From contig JAFVFD010000002.1 of NCBI GenBank assembly GCA_017475605.1, forward strand, positions 60,001 through 92,000: DNA of 32,000 bases, written 5' to 3'. The notes under the pieces were generated by a model. It did not search any database. It was not told the origin of the DNA and worked only from the letters and a program-made list of their open reading frames with translations. Below are positions 31,956 to 32,000 of this stretch, piece after piece; the stretch's first letter is position 1; each line of letters opens with the position of its first letter. The DNA is from Alphaproteobacteria bacterium (lineage in GTDB: Bacteria > Pseudomonadota > Alphaproteobacteria > Rs-D84). The position numbers and the translations under genes were made by a program.

Positions 31956-32000
31956 ATGATAATAGCAGTAGAAGGCGCAGATAAGGCCGGCAAACACACC
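31956..32000 (+). CDS. 5' end (15 codons) of a P-loop kinase, possibly thymidylate kinase
   Basis: RBS is gaaAGGAAg. MIIAVEGADKAGKHT fits the E-G-x-D-x-x-G-K-x-T P-loop of dTMP kinases. The CDS is truncated by the window edge. Confidence 0.4.
   Translation, partial: MIIAVEGADKAGKHT

Noticed and set aside
1-32000. Search for a mobile element (transposase, integrase or terminal inverted repeats)
   Set aside because: No ORF shows DDE, tyrosine or serine recombinase motifs, and I noticed no IS-like inverted repeats. The PIF1-like helicase alone is insufficient evidence.

Overview
This is an AT-rich bacterial chromosomal window. The housekeeping genes in the right third look alphaproteobacterial, which is an inference from by-eye motif reading. 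They include rpoD with an acidic insert, a DUF1013/TrcR-type protein, cysS, tsaB-rimI, a Lon-like ATPase and two tRNAs with near-consensus sigma70 promoters.

Two tandem, co-oriented giant paralogous genes on the minus strand fill positions 1..20164. One is a complete 13.3-kb ORF (6872..20164, 4430 aa). The second starts at 6755 and runs stop-free off the window at position 1, giving at least 2251 codons. The supplied ORF track does not list this second gene.

Both genes start with an almost identical promoter-like block, RBS and Sec signal peptide. Both encode extremely Cys/Thr/Asn/Gly/Tyr-rich mosaic proteins that combine several module types:
- ephrin-receptor-like (GCC2/GCC3-type) cysteine repeats
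- an MBG/Ig-like array
- Listeria-Bacteroides-type repeats
- a recurring cysteine module of roughly 90 aa
- an EGF-like cysteine-rich C-terminus with no anchor or secretion domain that I can recognise

The genes share kb-scale near-identical cassettes. These include an in-frame tandem duplication of about 2.3 kb and a mosaic pattern with a sharp donor switch, which suggests gene conversion.

The right third also holds a tightly overlapped 7-gene minus-strand operon. In it, Lon appears split into an N+AAA+ ORF and a separate short, degenerate protease-like ORF. Two small tandem paralogs are wedged between tsaB and rimI, and an uncharacterised 348-aa protein is translationally coupled to rimI. 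A 12-codon mini-ORF ending in Cys-Cys-Arg lies upstream of cysS.

I saw no transposase, integrase or CRISPR array. All domain calls come from motif reading without HMM or BLAST searches.
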